Assembly: GCA_965242725.1 (NCBI GenBank)
Contig: CBDESZ010000018.1
Span: forward strand, 128,001-192,000
Reading direction: 5' to 3'
DNA length: 64,000 bases
Source: Alkalispirochaeta sp.
GTDB lineage: Bacteria > Spirochaetota > Spirochaetia > DSM-27196 > Alkalispirochaetaceae
Shown here: piece after piece, positions 1-8,128 of the stretch
Layout: each line of letters opens with the position of its first letter
Position numbering within the stretch: position 1 is the stretch's first letter
Notes under the pieces: generated by a model
Told to the model about the DNA's origin: nothing
Database searches by the model: none
The model's input: the letters and a program-made list of their open reading frames with translations, nothing else
Translations under genes and position numbers: made by a program

Positions 1-576
1 TGTACCGGACAGATGGCCGAGGGCTGCAAAGTCCATCGTCAGGCGGGGCGCGTTTTTCCAGATATTGGCAACCCATCTCCTGCCGAGGCGTATTTCCGTC
101 CCCCGGTTCTGCCAGTGTTGCTGCACCAGGGAGGTCGTCATTTCCGTCGCGTCTTCAAACTCCCGACGATGCAGTCGCGCGCCGCCGCTCACATAGAGGG
201 GCGATACATTCCGGATCGCCCGCTCAGAAATGAACCGTTCAGCCGCTGCGGCGACGGCGGCGTGGTCGCCGGCCCAGGGGGCGGTTCGTATGATATCGGG
301 AGCTCCGGGATTGAAACGCAATCGGGCAAGGGCGTCTTCGTACTCAACCAGCAGCACCGCAGAGGTGCGCGGCACCGCGCGGATGAAATCCTCGAGACCT
401 TCACCGAGGAGGGGCGAAAAGAGAAGGTAGAGAGTCTGTTCCTTAATTTCAGGGGGAGTGCGTCTCCGTTGTGATTGAATCGGATCGGCACCGAGAAGGG
501 GGCGTTCCTTCCAGTAGACCTGGACACCCCCGGGCCCCGTAACGAGACGAGGCCGGGAGTCTCCGTCGGCGTCCAT
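1..576 (-). CDS. Partial (runs off window start) Maf/MptE-like (DUF115) protein, N-terminal part
   Basis: Not in the ORF track. Manual translation from ATG 576 is open to base 1: MDADGDSRPRLVTGPGG...LYLLFSPLLGEGL...VLLVEYED...WQNRGTEIRLGRRWVANIWKNAP. This pattern precedes the DUF115 domain in spirochaete Maf-like proteins. Confidence 0.6.
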   Translation of the reverse strand, partial: MDADGDSRPRLVTGPGGVQVYWKERPLLGADPIQSQRRRTPPEIKEQTLYLLFSPLLGEGLEDFIRAVPRTSAVLLVEYEDALARLRFNPGAPDIIRTAPWAGDHAAVAAAAERFISERAIRNVSPLYVSGGARLHRREFEDATEMTTSLVQQHWQNRGTEIRLGRRWVANIWKNAPRLTMDFAALGHLSGT

Positions 577-582
577 GGCCGG

Positions 583-2079
583 TTAATTCCCTATGACATA
601 ACGCTGAAACGCCGCGTTGAAGTTGTCGTCAAGCAAATCTTCATCGATAAAGGCGTCTTCCACGCCCTGAGCGTACAGCTGACGGGCGATTGCGTCGTAG
701 TATTCGGTAATGAACTGTTGATCCTCTTCCGTCGCGGGACGCTCGTCCCGGACGGTCATGACGATCGCCGCCTGCCGCAATACAACCGGTTCACTGACTT
801 CTCCGTCGTTGATGCTGAAGGCCGCCTCAAAAAAACTTTGCCGATACGCTCCGTCGGAAAGCTCGGGGACCTCTTCACTCCGGATCTGCGGGAAAATCTG
901 CATATTCCCGTAGTTAATGGGGAAATATTCCGTCGTATAGACCTCTCGACCCGCTTCCGCAACGGCGACACTGAATCCGTCCGCCTCGGCGGTTGCCACA
1001 AACTGATCCGCCCGGTCGCGCACAAAGTCCTGGATACGGCCCTGTTCATAGACCTGCATGTATGAACGTCCTTCCTCCAGGATAGCCTCGTCGGTAATCG
1101 AAGGCGTCTGCGGGGAGGTGAGGGCGAGGTAAAATGACCATCCCGAAGTCGTCTCGACCGGTTCGCTGATCTCGCCTTCCTGAAGGTTGAGAATGGTATC
1201 CAGTGATGCCGGATTCGTCAGTTCCTGCTGCAGTTCATAGCCATATATTTCACCGATCTCTCCGTCCTGATCGGCGTACAGATCACGGGAATAGGTTCTC
1301 GCCAGATTGCCGAAGGGATTGCCCTGAGAGCGCGCTTCTTCGCGTATGCGCTCCGCCTCCTCCCGGTCTGAAAGGGTGATGACTGCAAGGTCGACCACGG
1401 TAAAGAGATCTTCGTTCTCTCCGACAAATTGTACGACCTGATCCTCGGGAAACTCGGAAAATGGAAACCGAACGACGTCGAATGAACGCTGTGGTCCCGT
1501 CATTGCCGCCACAAAGTCGCGTTCGGCGGAACTGAACTGGGCGCCCGTGAGGGTATCCTGAATGATCCGGTCAAAGACTGCATTTTCCCGATGGAAATTC
1601 CGCAGGGAGAATCGCTCCTGGTTGCTTGTATTGCGATACGCTTCGGCGTCAAACCGCCCGTTGACGGTAAAGCGGGGATCCTGGGCGATCATTTCATCGA
1701 TCTTGTCTTCAGATACAACGACACCCGCTTCTTCGGCGATATGCTGAACCGCCTTGTGGAGAACAGTCCGGTTAAACGCTTCCCGCCAGGCAAGACGCAG
1801 CTGAAGTTCCAGGTTGTCGCTGTTGCCGGAGTCCCGCAGCGACTGGGCAATTACTTCATATTGCCTGGCAAAAAAATTGCCGGGCTGATACATGATATCC
1901 TCACCGTCATACTGTCCAAAAACGGGACGATTGCTTCCGACGGTGGATGTCGCCACAGGGGCGCCGATAAACGTCACGACGACGATAATTAAGATGACCA
2001 CACTCCCGATATACAGCCATGTATTGCGTGTAAAAGGTGTTCGGGGCGGCTTCTTGTCTGTTTCCTTTGGCTCGGCCAT
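583..2079 (-). CDS. SurA/PpiD-like membrane-anchored chaperone, peptidyl-prolyl isomerase
   Basis: N-terminal TM helix, SurA-N-like helical region (F..NG.FD...Y), parvulin-like FGNLARTYSRD...GEIG...GEISEPVET. Confidence 0.8.
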   Translation of the reverse strand: MAEPKETDKKPPRTPFTRNTWLYIGSVVILIIVVVTFIGAPVATSTVGSNRPVFGQYDGEDIMYQPGNFFARQYEVIAQSLRDSGNSDNLELQLRLAWREAFNRTVLHKAVQHIAEEAGVVVSEDKIDEMIAQDPRFTVNGRFDAEAYRNTSNQERFSLRNFHRENAVFDRIIQDTLTGAQFSSAERDFVAAMTGPQRSFDVVRFPFSEFPEDQVVQFVGENEDLFTVVDLAVITLSDREEAERIREEARSQGNPFGNLARTYSRDLYADQDGEIGEIYGYELQQELTNPASLDTILNLQEGEISEPVETTSGWSFYLALTSPQTPSITDEAILEEGRSYMQVYEQGRIQDFVRDRADQFVATAEADGFSVAVAEAGREVYTTEYFPINYGNMQIFPQIRSEEVPELSDGAYRQSFFEAAFSINDGEVSEPVVLRQAAIVMTVRDERPATEEDQQFITEYYDAIARQLYAQGVEDAFIDEDLLDDNFNAAFQRYVIGN

Positions 2080-2121
2080 AGAAGCGTTCTATTCCTCTCT
2101 GAATAAGTAATTGAGAGCGAA

Positions 2122-2150
2122 ACGGTAGCACGTGGTCCGGGGGCTGTCAA
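2122..2150 (-). promoter_or_regulatory. Putative sigma70 promoter for the SurA-like gene
   Basis: TTGACA-17 bp-TACCGT on the minus strand. Confidence 0.4.
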
Positions 2151-2197
2151 TGAAGTCAATCCCGGATGCGACGCGACCGTCGACATCCGCCAGGTGG

Positions 2198-2226
2198 TTG
2201 ACCGGAGTGACCGCCTCTGGTATTGT
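2198..2226 (+). promoter_or_regulatory. Putative sigma70 promoter for tRNA-Pro
   Basis: TTGACC-17 bp-TATTGT. Confidence 0.45.
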
Positions 2227-2243
2227 CCCTTCTATACTAATTT

Positions 2244-2316
2244 CGGGCTGTAGCGCAGGGGCTAGCGCGCGCCGTTCGGGACGGTGAGGTCGGAGGTTCA
2301 AATCCTCTCAGCCCGA
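2244..2316 (+). tRNA. tRNA-Pro(CGG)
   Basis: Cloverleaf: acceptor CGGGCTG/CAGCCCG, anticodon arm CGCCG-TTCGGGA-CGGTG, TTCAAAT T-loop; no encoded CCA. Confidence 0.95.
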
Positions 2317-2341
2317 CGTACGATCCGTCGTTATTTGATCG

Positions 2342-2377
2342 AAAAAAAAGGGTGAACACGTTCACCCTTTTTCTTTT
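2342..2377. terminator. Intrinsic (bidirectional-type) terminator after tRNA-Pro
   Basis: A-run, GGGTGAAC/GTTCACCC hairpin, T-run. Confidence 0.85.
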
Positions 2378-2498
2378 GGTGGTCCTTCATTCTGTTCGCC
2401 CGCAACGGTTTGTATCGGCGTTTCCCGTCCGGAGAGCTTCACCATGAGGGGGCTCAATATTTCGGCTCATAATGCCGACGCTTGTATCGGAAGACGTT

Positions 2499-3386
2499 AT
2501 GAAAAAAACAGGAATTCTGGCACTTGCCATCGCCGCATTCTGCGCTGTTCCCGCATCATCGCAACTCATACAGCATGAAGTACGACAGGGCGAGACGTTG
2601 TACGGCATCGCGCGGCGTTACGATCTGACGGTCAATCAATTGACGACAAACAACAGTCTGGAGTCGCCGGATTTTCTCCTGCCCGGTACGGTACTTGTCA
2701 TTCCCAATCGGTATCGCGTTGAACGAGGGGATACCCTCTATTCAATTGCCCGCCGGTTCGGAACGACGGTGGAATCGCTGATCGCGGACAATGGCCTCTC
2801 AACCTCTGAGATCAGGATCGGCCAGATCGTGACCGTTCCTGCCGGCTCGGAACGTCGTGTCGCCTCGGAGGAGGGTGAAACTGATCCGGGTACCGATGAC
2901 TCCGGGAAAGACGCCGAAAACGGGGTAACTACCTCCACGAACCAGAATGAAGGTCCCTCTCCAAAGGAAACTCCCGACGGAGAGGAACGCATAGTCGTTG
3001 CGGCTGAAATCTCCCGGCCGCTGCAATTCTCGGAAGGTGGAATCTGGCCCGTCGTCGGAAATCGCCGCACCCTTGAAGGTAAGCTCCCGGGCATCATGAT
3101 ACGCGCCGACCGGGGTGCCCCGGTCTACGCCGTCGCAAAGGGGCGCGTTGTATACGCCGGTCCGCACACCACCTTTGGGAATGTCGTGTTCATACAGTCG
3201 AGTCAGGATTACATATACGTCTACGGCGGGCAGGAGTCCATACAGGTCGCCGTGGGAGACCTCGTAGATGCGGGGACGACGATCGGCTCCGTCGGAATAT
3301 CACCATCGGAGGGCCACGCGGCGCTTTATTTCACCGTTTGGAGAAACAATAGATTCATCGATCCTGAATCGGCTCCGAGAGGCTGA
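2499..3386 (+). CDS. LysM x2 + M23 peptidase-domain protein (NlpD-like)
   Basis: Signal peptide, two LysM repeats (HEVRQGETLYGIARRY; YRVERGDTLYSIARRF), M23 fold (GAPVYAVAKGRVVYAG...GNVVFIQ...FIDP). Zn-ligand histidines appear absent (LPGIMI, YVYGG, ALYF), as in non-catalytic NlpD/EnvC-type activators. Confidence 0.85.
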   Translation: MKKTGILALAIAAFCAVPASSQLIQHEVRQGETLYGIARRYDLTVNQLTTNNSLESPDFLLPGTVLVIPNRYRVERGDTLYSIARRFGTTVESLIADNGLSTSEIRIGQIVTVPAGSERRVASEEGETDPGTDDSGKDAENGVTTSTNQNEGPSPKETPDGEERIVVAAEISRPLQFSEGGIWPVVGNRRTLEGKLPGIMIRADRGAPVYAVAKGRVVYAGPHTTFGNVVFIQSSQDYIYVYGGQESIQVAVGDLVDAGTTIGSVGISPSEGHAALYFTVWRNNRFIDPESAPRG

Positions 3387-3519
3387 CCCCGCCGGGCGAC
3401 CGCAACGGCACGGTGTCCCGGATTCATGTGTACCATCGACCCTGTTTTGGATTTCCACGATATTCGTGGTACAATACAGGAGTAATAAAGTAACTTTGAT
3501 CAATATGTCGGGGGCAATC

Positions 3520-4509
3520 ATGGATGTACCAACCGGGGGAGGCAACAACGGTCGCACGAGGCGACGCGATTTTGCCGCGACAATAACGTCTATAGACGGA
3601 GACGCCGTACTCGAGGGAGATACCGATCCGTTGGCGTTCTATCTTAAACAGATATCCGGCTATCCGCTCCTCGACGTACGACAGGAACAGGAAATAGGAA
3701 AAAAAATTCAGGATCTCAGAAAAGAAATCGAGAGGTGCCACGAGTCCGATCCTGAAACGCAACCGCCCAGGGATCTGGTGGAGGAGTTGCGGTATTACAA
3801 ATCGCGCATGATCAACTCCAATCTGCGCCTAGTTGTGTCAATCGCAAAAAAATACCAGCATCGGGGGCTTTCTCTCCTCGATCTCATCGATGAAGGTAAT
3901 ATCGGTCTTATAGAAGCGGTGGAGCGTTTTGATTACACAAGAGGATGCCGCTTTTCCACCTACGGTACGTGGTGGATCAGACAGGCGATCATAAAAAGCC
4001 TGGCCGACAAGGGGCGGGTCATCCGCATACCCGTCCATATGCTCAATACCATTAAAAAGTGCTTCTATGTTGCAAAGCACCTGACTCAGGAACTCGGACG
4101 GGATCCGGCAAGCGCGGAAATGTCGGAATATCTCAATGTCGCGCCGGAGAGGGTGCAGGAAATCATGCGCCTCTCCCAGGATACGACTTCATTGGATGTG
4201 ACGATAGACGATGACAGCTACACCCGCCTCTCCGATCTCATTGAGGATGAAATGCAGGTGCAGCCCTTTGACCTCGTATTCAACATGACCCTTCAGGACA
4301 CGATCGAAGAAGTGCTTGAGCAGCTGAGCGAACGGGAAATGCGTATCATAAAGCTGCGGTTCGGATTGGGTGGAGAAGGCCCCTACACACTGGAGGAGAC
4401 GGGAAAGTTTCTCGGTATCACCCGGGAGCGGGTCAGACAGATACAGGAAAAGGCGATAGAAAAACTGCGAGAAAATTTTCTCATTCAGGATCTGCAAAAT
4501 CAATACTGA
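3520..4509 (+). CDS. RNA polymerase sigma-70 family factor, group 2 / RpoS-like (no region 1.1)
   Basis: DPLAFYLKQI (region 1.2), NLRLVVSIAKKY, DLIDEGNIGLIEAVERFD, RFSTYGTWWIRQAI, TRERVRQIQ. Start could alternatively be ATG 3505. Confidence 0.9.
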   Translation: MDVPTGGGNNGRTRRRDFAATITSIDGDAVLEGDTDPLAFYLKQISGYPLLDVRQEQEIGKKIQDLRKEIERCHESDPETQPPRDLVEELRYYKSRMINSNLRLVVSIAKKYQHRGLSLLDLIDEGNIGLIEAVERFDYTRGCRFSTYGTWWIRQAIIKSLADKGRVIRIPVHMLNTIKKCFYVAKHLTQELGRDPASAEMSEYLNVAPERVQEIMRLSQDTTSLDVTIDDDSYTRLSDLIEDEMQVQPFDLVFNMTLQDTIEEVLEQLSEREMRIIKLRFGLGGEGPYTLEETGKFLGITRERVRQIQEKAIEKLRENFLIQDLQNQY

Positions 4510-4561
4510 AGAGGAATCTCCCGTACGGACGGGGGGCGGCGACGACGGAAAGAGCAGCCTC

Positions 4562-5230
4562 ATGGACGGCATCCGCCGTCCGAAAGACGACATCGCATTT
4601 GAAGCGCTCGGCGCGGTGGACGAAGCGCAGGTGACCCTCGGCGTATGCCGGTCCCTTGCCCTCGACTATTGTACCGCTGTCGCCGATGCCGCAGGGGAGA
4701 CGTCGTCCCCCGGAGCGTCGGTCTTTCCGGGAAACGGTCTCTTCAGAAGACGACGCCCTGGAAAATCGACGATTCCATCGGCGAATGGTGCGAAAAGTGG
4801 TGGAGATTCACACGATGTGTCCCCGTCTGACGTGGTCGACCGTCTCAAGCGACTATCAGGAGACCTCTCGGTCATTCAGAAGGACCTGCTCATTGCAGGG
4901 GGGATACTGTCCTCCTCGCCTGGCGATGCACTGCCTGATACGATGGCGCGTATCGACGATGCGCGTATAAGGGATCTGGGCCGGATATTTGACCGCTGGC
5001 GAGGGGAGGTACATATTGAACCGCGTTTTTTCATCGCCGGTGAAAGCAGACTGGGAGCAGAACTGGACCGTGCGAGGACGGTTGTCCGTCGCGCCGAACG
5101 GCGGGTGGCTACCCTCATTCGTGAACGGGGAAACCGGGAGCAGATACCGGTTTCACGATACCTGAATCAATTGAGCGACCTCTGCTTTGTCGTTGCCCGC
5201 TGGGCCGACTCGGTACTGCCGCTCACATGA
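4562..5230 (+). CDS. ATP:cob(I)alamin adenosyltransferase (PduO type); true start probably further upstream
   Basis: EALGAVDEAQ, ARTVVRRAERR, YLNQLSDLCFVVAR. The conserved TGGGDDGKSSL motif lies in frame upstream of the first ATG. Confidence 0.85.
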   Translation: MDGIRRPKDDIAFEALGAVDEAQVTLGVCRSLALDYCTAVADAAGETSSPGASVFPGNGLFRRRRPGKSTIPSANGAKSGGDSHDVSPSDVVDRLKRLSGDLSVIQKDLLIAGGILSSSPGDALPDTMARIDDARIRDLGRIFDRWRGEVHIEPRFFIAGESRLGAELDRARTVVRRAERRVATLIRERGNREQIPVSRYLNQLSDLCFVVARWADSVLPLT

Positions 5231-5718
5231 ACGCCGTGGGAAAATCGGAGATCCCACTGTACCATTGCGTCGCCGGCAAACACCATATGACCGTCGACGG
5301 AATGGCCGTCCAGGACGTGGGGAAGCCAATGGGCGTCGTCCTCCCACATGCGGTGATATGGAATGGCACCTTCATCGGTCCAGAATGGGACCGCCTCGTC
5401 CGTTTCAACCATTGATCCGCTCCAGCGGGTACCTGAGAATACGATGACCTCCAGGTTGTATCCGTCGGTAAAGGCAAAACGGAGGCGACCGTTGTCGACG
5501 AGATCACGGGGAGAGAGTCCGACTTCCTCCGTCGTCTCCCGTATTGCAGCTTCCACCGGCGTTTCTCCCGCTTCAACCTTTCCGCCCGGTGCGTTGATCT
5601 TCCCGGCTCCCAGACCGCGTTTCTTTTCGATGAGGAGTACTTTTCCTGTTCGGGTATTTCGCAAAAAACAGAGCACCGCCCGCTCGGTCGGGCGGTAGTC
5701 GGACCAATCAAAAGACAT
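5167..5718 (-). CDS. NUDIX hydrolase, 8-oxo-dGTP diphosphatase (MTH1-like)
   Basis: KKRGLGAGKINAPGGKVEAGETPVEAAIRETTEEVG Nudix box; MWEDDAHWLP. Confidence 0.9.
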   Translation of the reverse strand: MSFDWSDYRPTERAVLCFLRNTRTGKVLLIEKKRGLGAGKINAPGGKVEAGETPVEAAIRETTEEVGLSPRDLVDNGRLRFAFTDGYNLEVIVFSGTRWSGSMVETDEAVPFWTDEGAIPYHRMWEDDAHWLPHVLDGHSVDGHMVFAGDAMVQWDLRFSHGVHVSGSTESAQRATTKQRSLN

Positions 5719-5757
5719 ACGGTCAAGAGTACCATATGATTATCCGAGAGAATATAC

Positions 5758-6030
5758 ATGGCGGATGAGCAGGATCGGGCAGCCCATGAACTGATCGCGG
5801 AAATATACGGCACGATAAGTGCGCTCCGGGAAGACGGTCGTGAAGCTACTGCAATAGTACTTCCCCCGGAACACTATCGCATACTCCAGGAGTACCGGCG
5901 CCGCATCGGATCGGTTCCGGAAGGTCTGCCCGATTATCTGGGGCAATATGACCTATTCGGGATTCCGTTATATACTGACAACGGCGACAGAGTTCAAATT
6001 CGGGCGAAACGGATGGAAAAAAAGAGATGA
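5758..6030 (+). CDS. Small hypothetical protein, possible stand-alone HK97/encapsulin A-domain-like fold
   Basis: 90-aa ORF whose stop overlaps the next ATG (ATGA). Fold guess is from pattern only (see findings). Confidence 0.65.
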   Translation: MADEQDRAAHELIAEIYGTISALREDGREATAIVLPPEHYRILQEYRRRIGSVPEGLPDYLGQYDLFGIPLYTDNGDRVQIRAKRMEKKR

Positions 6031-7895
6031 AACGTATCATCGCGGCATTGCTTATTTGTACTGTTTTCACAGTTCCCATGGTGATCGGACAACAACGGGG
6101 TATCGCCGGTGAACGGCTGACCGTCGTGCCGTTCGTCAACTCCACTGACGTACGCCAATGGGACAACCTTGCCCAGGCCATGACCGATTCGATATCACTT
6201 ACCCTTCGGCTGAGCGGTCAGTTTCGGATCGTACAAAGTCCCCCCGGCGGCGAAATAGACCCATATTCTCCGGATGGCCCCCTTCAGCTCTCGCGCCTCG
6301 TCCGGGAGCTTCGTCTCGATGCCGCGATCATCGGACGCATTACACCTCTTGAAAATGATCGGGTTGAGCTTGAAGCGGCGGTATACAGCAGGCAGTCGGG
6401 CACGATCATCGGAGCGGCAACGCGGGAAGCGTTTGGAGCTTTCGATATTCTCGATGCGGCGGACGAGCTCGTCGCCGTAGCTTCGTCCGCATTTCTCGGA
6501 TACAACGTCCAATTCGGCGCAATTGTCCTGAAACCGTCGCGTTCCGACGTACCCTTCAAAGTCATGGTGGACGGCATCGATGTCGGACGGAATGTGAGCT
6601 CTCTGCCGCAGATTCTCACCGGACGCCGGACGATAGAGATCGCCGTCATTACGTCTCGCGGTGAGCAGTATGTCTATTCCGCCGACCGTTTGATTCGGCC
6701 CGGAGAGGCCATTGAAGTCAACTTCGGCCTCCCCGCAGTGACGACTGAGGAACAGCGGCGGATCGACGCATCCCACGGGATCGCGGAAGACCTTCTCGGC
6801 AGGCCCGACCGCTTTCAGGTGGCCTTTGAGGCACTTGCGGAAAGCAGCGCACTCCTGGAGGACGCGATGCCCGATACCGTCGTTCGACTCAAGGAGCGGC
6901 AGGCACGACTGGAAACGCTGTGGCGCCTTGAGGAGGAGTTTCACCGTATCGATCCCGGAACATTTGCACGGGAGGGATCATATGTTCCCGGAGAGGCGTT
7001 GCAGCTTCTCCGTACAAGCGGCGACATGATCGCCCGAAACGCTCCGTTCCTTGGGGATGACGGTGTCAGGTCGCGGATTATGCGCAACGGACTTGCCGTT
7101 TACCATTTACTGCATATCGCCCGATCTGCCGCGTTCGGAGAGGGTGATTGGGAGCGGGCGGCGGCGATTCTCACGGATATGGAGGAGGTCGTTTCCCGTT
7201 ACGGTCTTGAGAATTCGGTGCAAATCGACGATGAGATTCAGACGTGGCAGCGTGCTCAGGGCGACGCCGAGGGGTACGGTCGCAGGAGCCGCCGCCCCTG
7301 GCCGTATATCGGATTTGTCGCCGGCGCCGGCGGTGTCGGGTTCGGCGGGTACATGTGGGCCGTAGACGTCATCGGCGGCTATAACGACCAGGGTGACGAC
7401 TACATGGCAAAGGCGGACGCGGCAGCTACCCAGGAAGAGGAGGACAGCTACCGCGATGACGCCCGGGACGAATACGACAAGGCGGACATGGCGGAAATTG
7501 TCCAGTTCACGAGTCTGATCGGCGGCGGTGTTCTCGCCGTACTCTCAGCGTGGCGAATCATCCACAATCGCAGAGCAGACGATCGCTTTCTGACGGAGTG
7601 GGCCACCGGACGATATGGTCAGGAGGTAACCCTGGCCGAGCGGATTTTCTCCCGCCGCTTTCAGGAAGCAGTCGCCGGGGGGATAGAGGGAAATGATCTG
7701 GACGTTGCGGAGACGCAGGTCCTCGTGGTAGGTCCGTCGGGCACCGTTGCCCATGTTGACGGACAACCGAGGGTGATTCCCTTTATCGTCGATGTCGACT
7801 CCGGGAAGACCCTGGGAATAGACCGGCCCCCTGTCGTCGATGCGGACCGAACACGAGTATATGAAGGCCCCTACGCGCTTCTGGTTCTTCAATAG
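6027..7895 (+). CDS. Exported/membrane hypothetical protein (TolB-N/CsgG-like N-terminal domain, PEGA-like beta region, two C-terminal TM helices)
   Basis: Signal peptide; VVPFVN...LAQAMTDSISLTL; VMVDGIDVG; two hydrophobic Gly-rich helices around an acidic loop. Confidence 0.7.
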   Translation: MKRIIAALLICTVFTVPMVIGQQRGIAGERLTVVPFVNSTDVRQWDNLAQAMTDSISLTLRLSGQFRIVQSPPGGEIDPYSPDGPLQLSRLVRELRLDAAIIGRITPLENDRVELEAAVYSRQSGTIIGAATREAFGAFDILDAADELVAVASSAFLGYNVQFGAIVLKPSRSDVPFKVMVDGIDVGRNVSSLPQILTGRRTIEIAVITSRGEQYVYSADRLIRPGEAIEVNFGLPAVTTEEQRRIDASHGIAEDLLGRPDRFQVAFEALAESSALLEDAMPDTVVRLKERQARLETLWRLEEEFHRIDPGTFAREGSYVPGEALQLLRTSGDMIARNAPFLGDDGVRSRIMRNGLAVYHLLHIARSAAFGEGDWERAAAILTDMEEVVSRYGLENSVQIDDEIQTWQRAQGDAEGYGRRSRRPWPYIGFVAGAGGVGFGGYMWAVDVIGGYNDQGDDYMAKADAAATQEEEDSYRDDARDEYDKADMAEIVQFTSLIGGGVLAVLSAWRIIHNRRADDRFLTEWATGRYGQEVTLAERIFSRRFQEAVAGGIEGNDLDVAETQVLVVGPSGTVAHVDGQPRVIPFIVDVDSGKTLGIDRPPVVDADRTRVYEGPYALLVLQ

Positions 7896-7933
7896 GCGCG
7901 TCGATTCTTTAGCGGCAACGTACCGCGTGGCAC

Positions 7934-7962
7934 TTGACAACCGCCGCCGTCTCGGATAGATT
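7934..7962 (+). promoter_or_regulatory. sigma70 promoter for tRNA-Gly
   Basis: TTGACA-17 bp-TAGATT, 11 bp before the tRNA. Confidence 0.7.
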
Positions 7963-7973
7963 ACGGCCCTCAA

Positions 7974-8045
7974 GCGAGCGTCGTATAATGGCTATTACCC
8001 CAGCCTTCCAAGCTGGAGATGTGGGTTCGATTCCCATCGCTCGCT
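7974..8045 (+). tRNA. tRNA-Gly(TCC)
   Basis: GCGAGCG/CGCTCGC acceptor, CCAGC-CTTCCAA-GCTGG anticodon arm, TTCGATT T-loop. Confidence 0.95.
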
Positions 8046-8128
8046 CTTCTTTTTTTCTTCCGGATAATACTTTTTTTTGCCTCTTCACGGCGATTCACCG
8101 GGAATGCGGTATTTGATATACTCATTCC

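Noticed and set aside
13..1065. Plus-strand ORFs 13-474 and 475-1065
   Set aside because: Antisense to the better-supported minus-strand Maf-like and SurA-like genes.
3405..3422. CGGCACG upstream of the RpoS-like gene as a sigma54 -24/-12 promoter
   Set aside because: The -12 TTGC element is absent at the required spacing.
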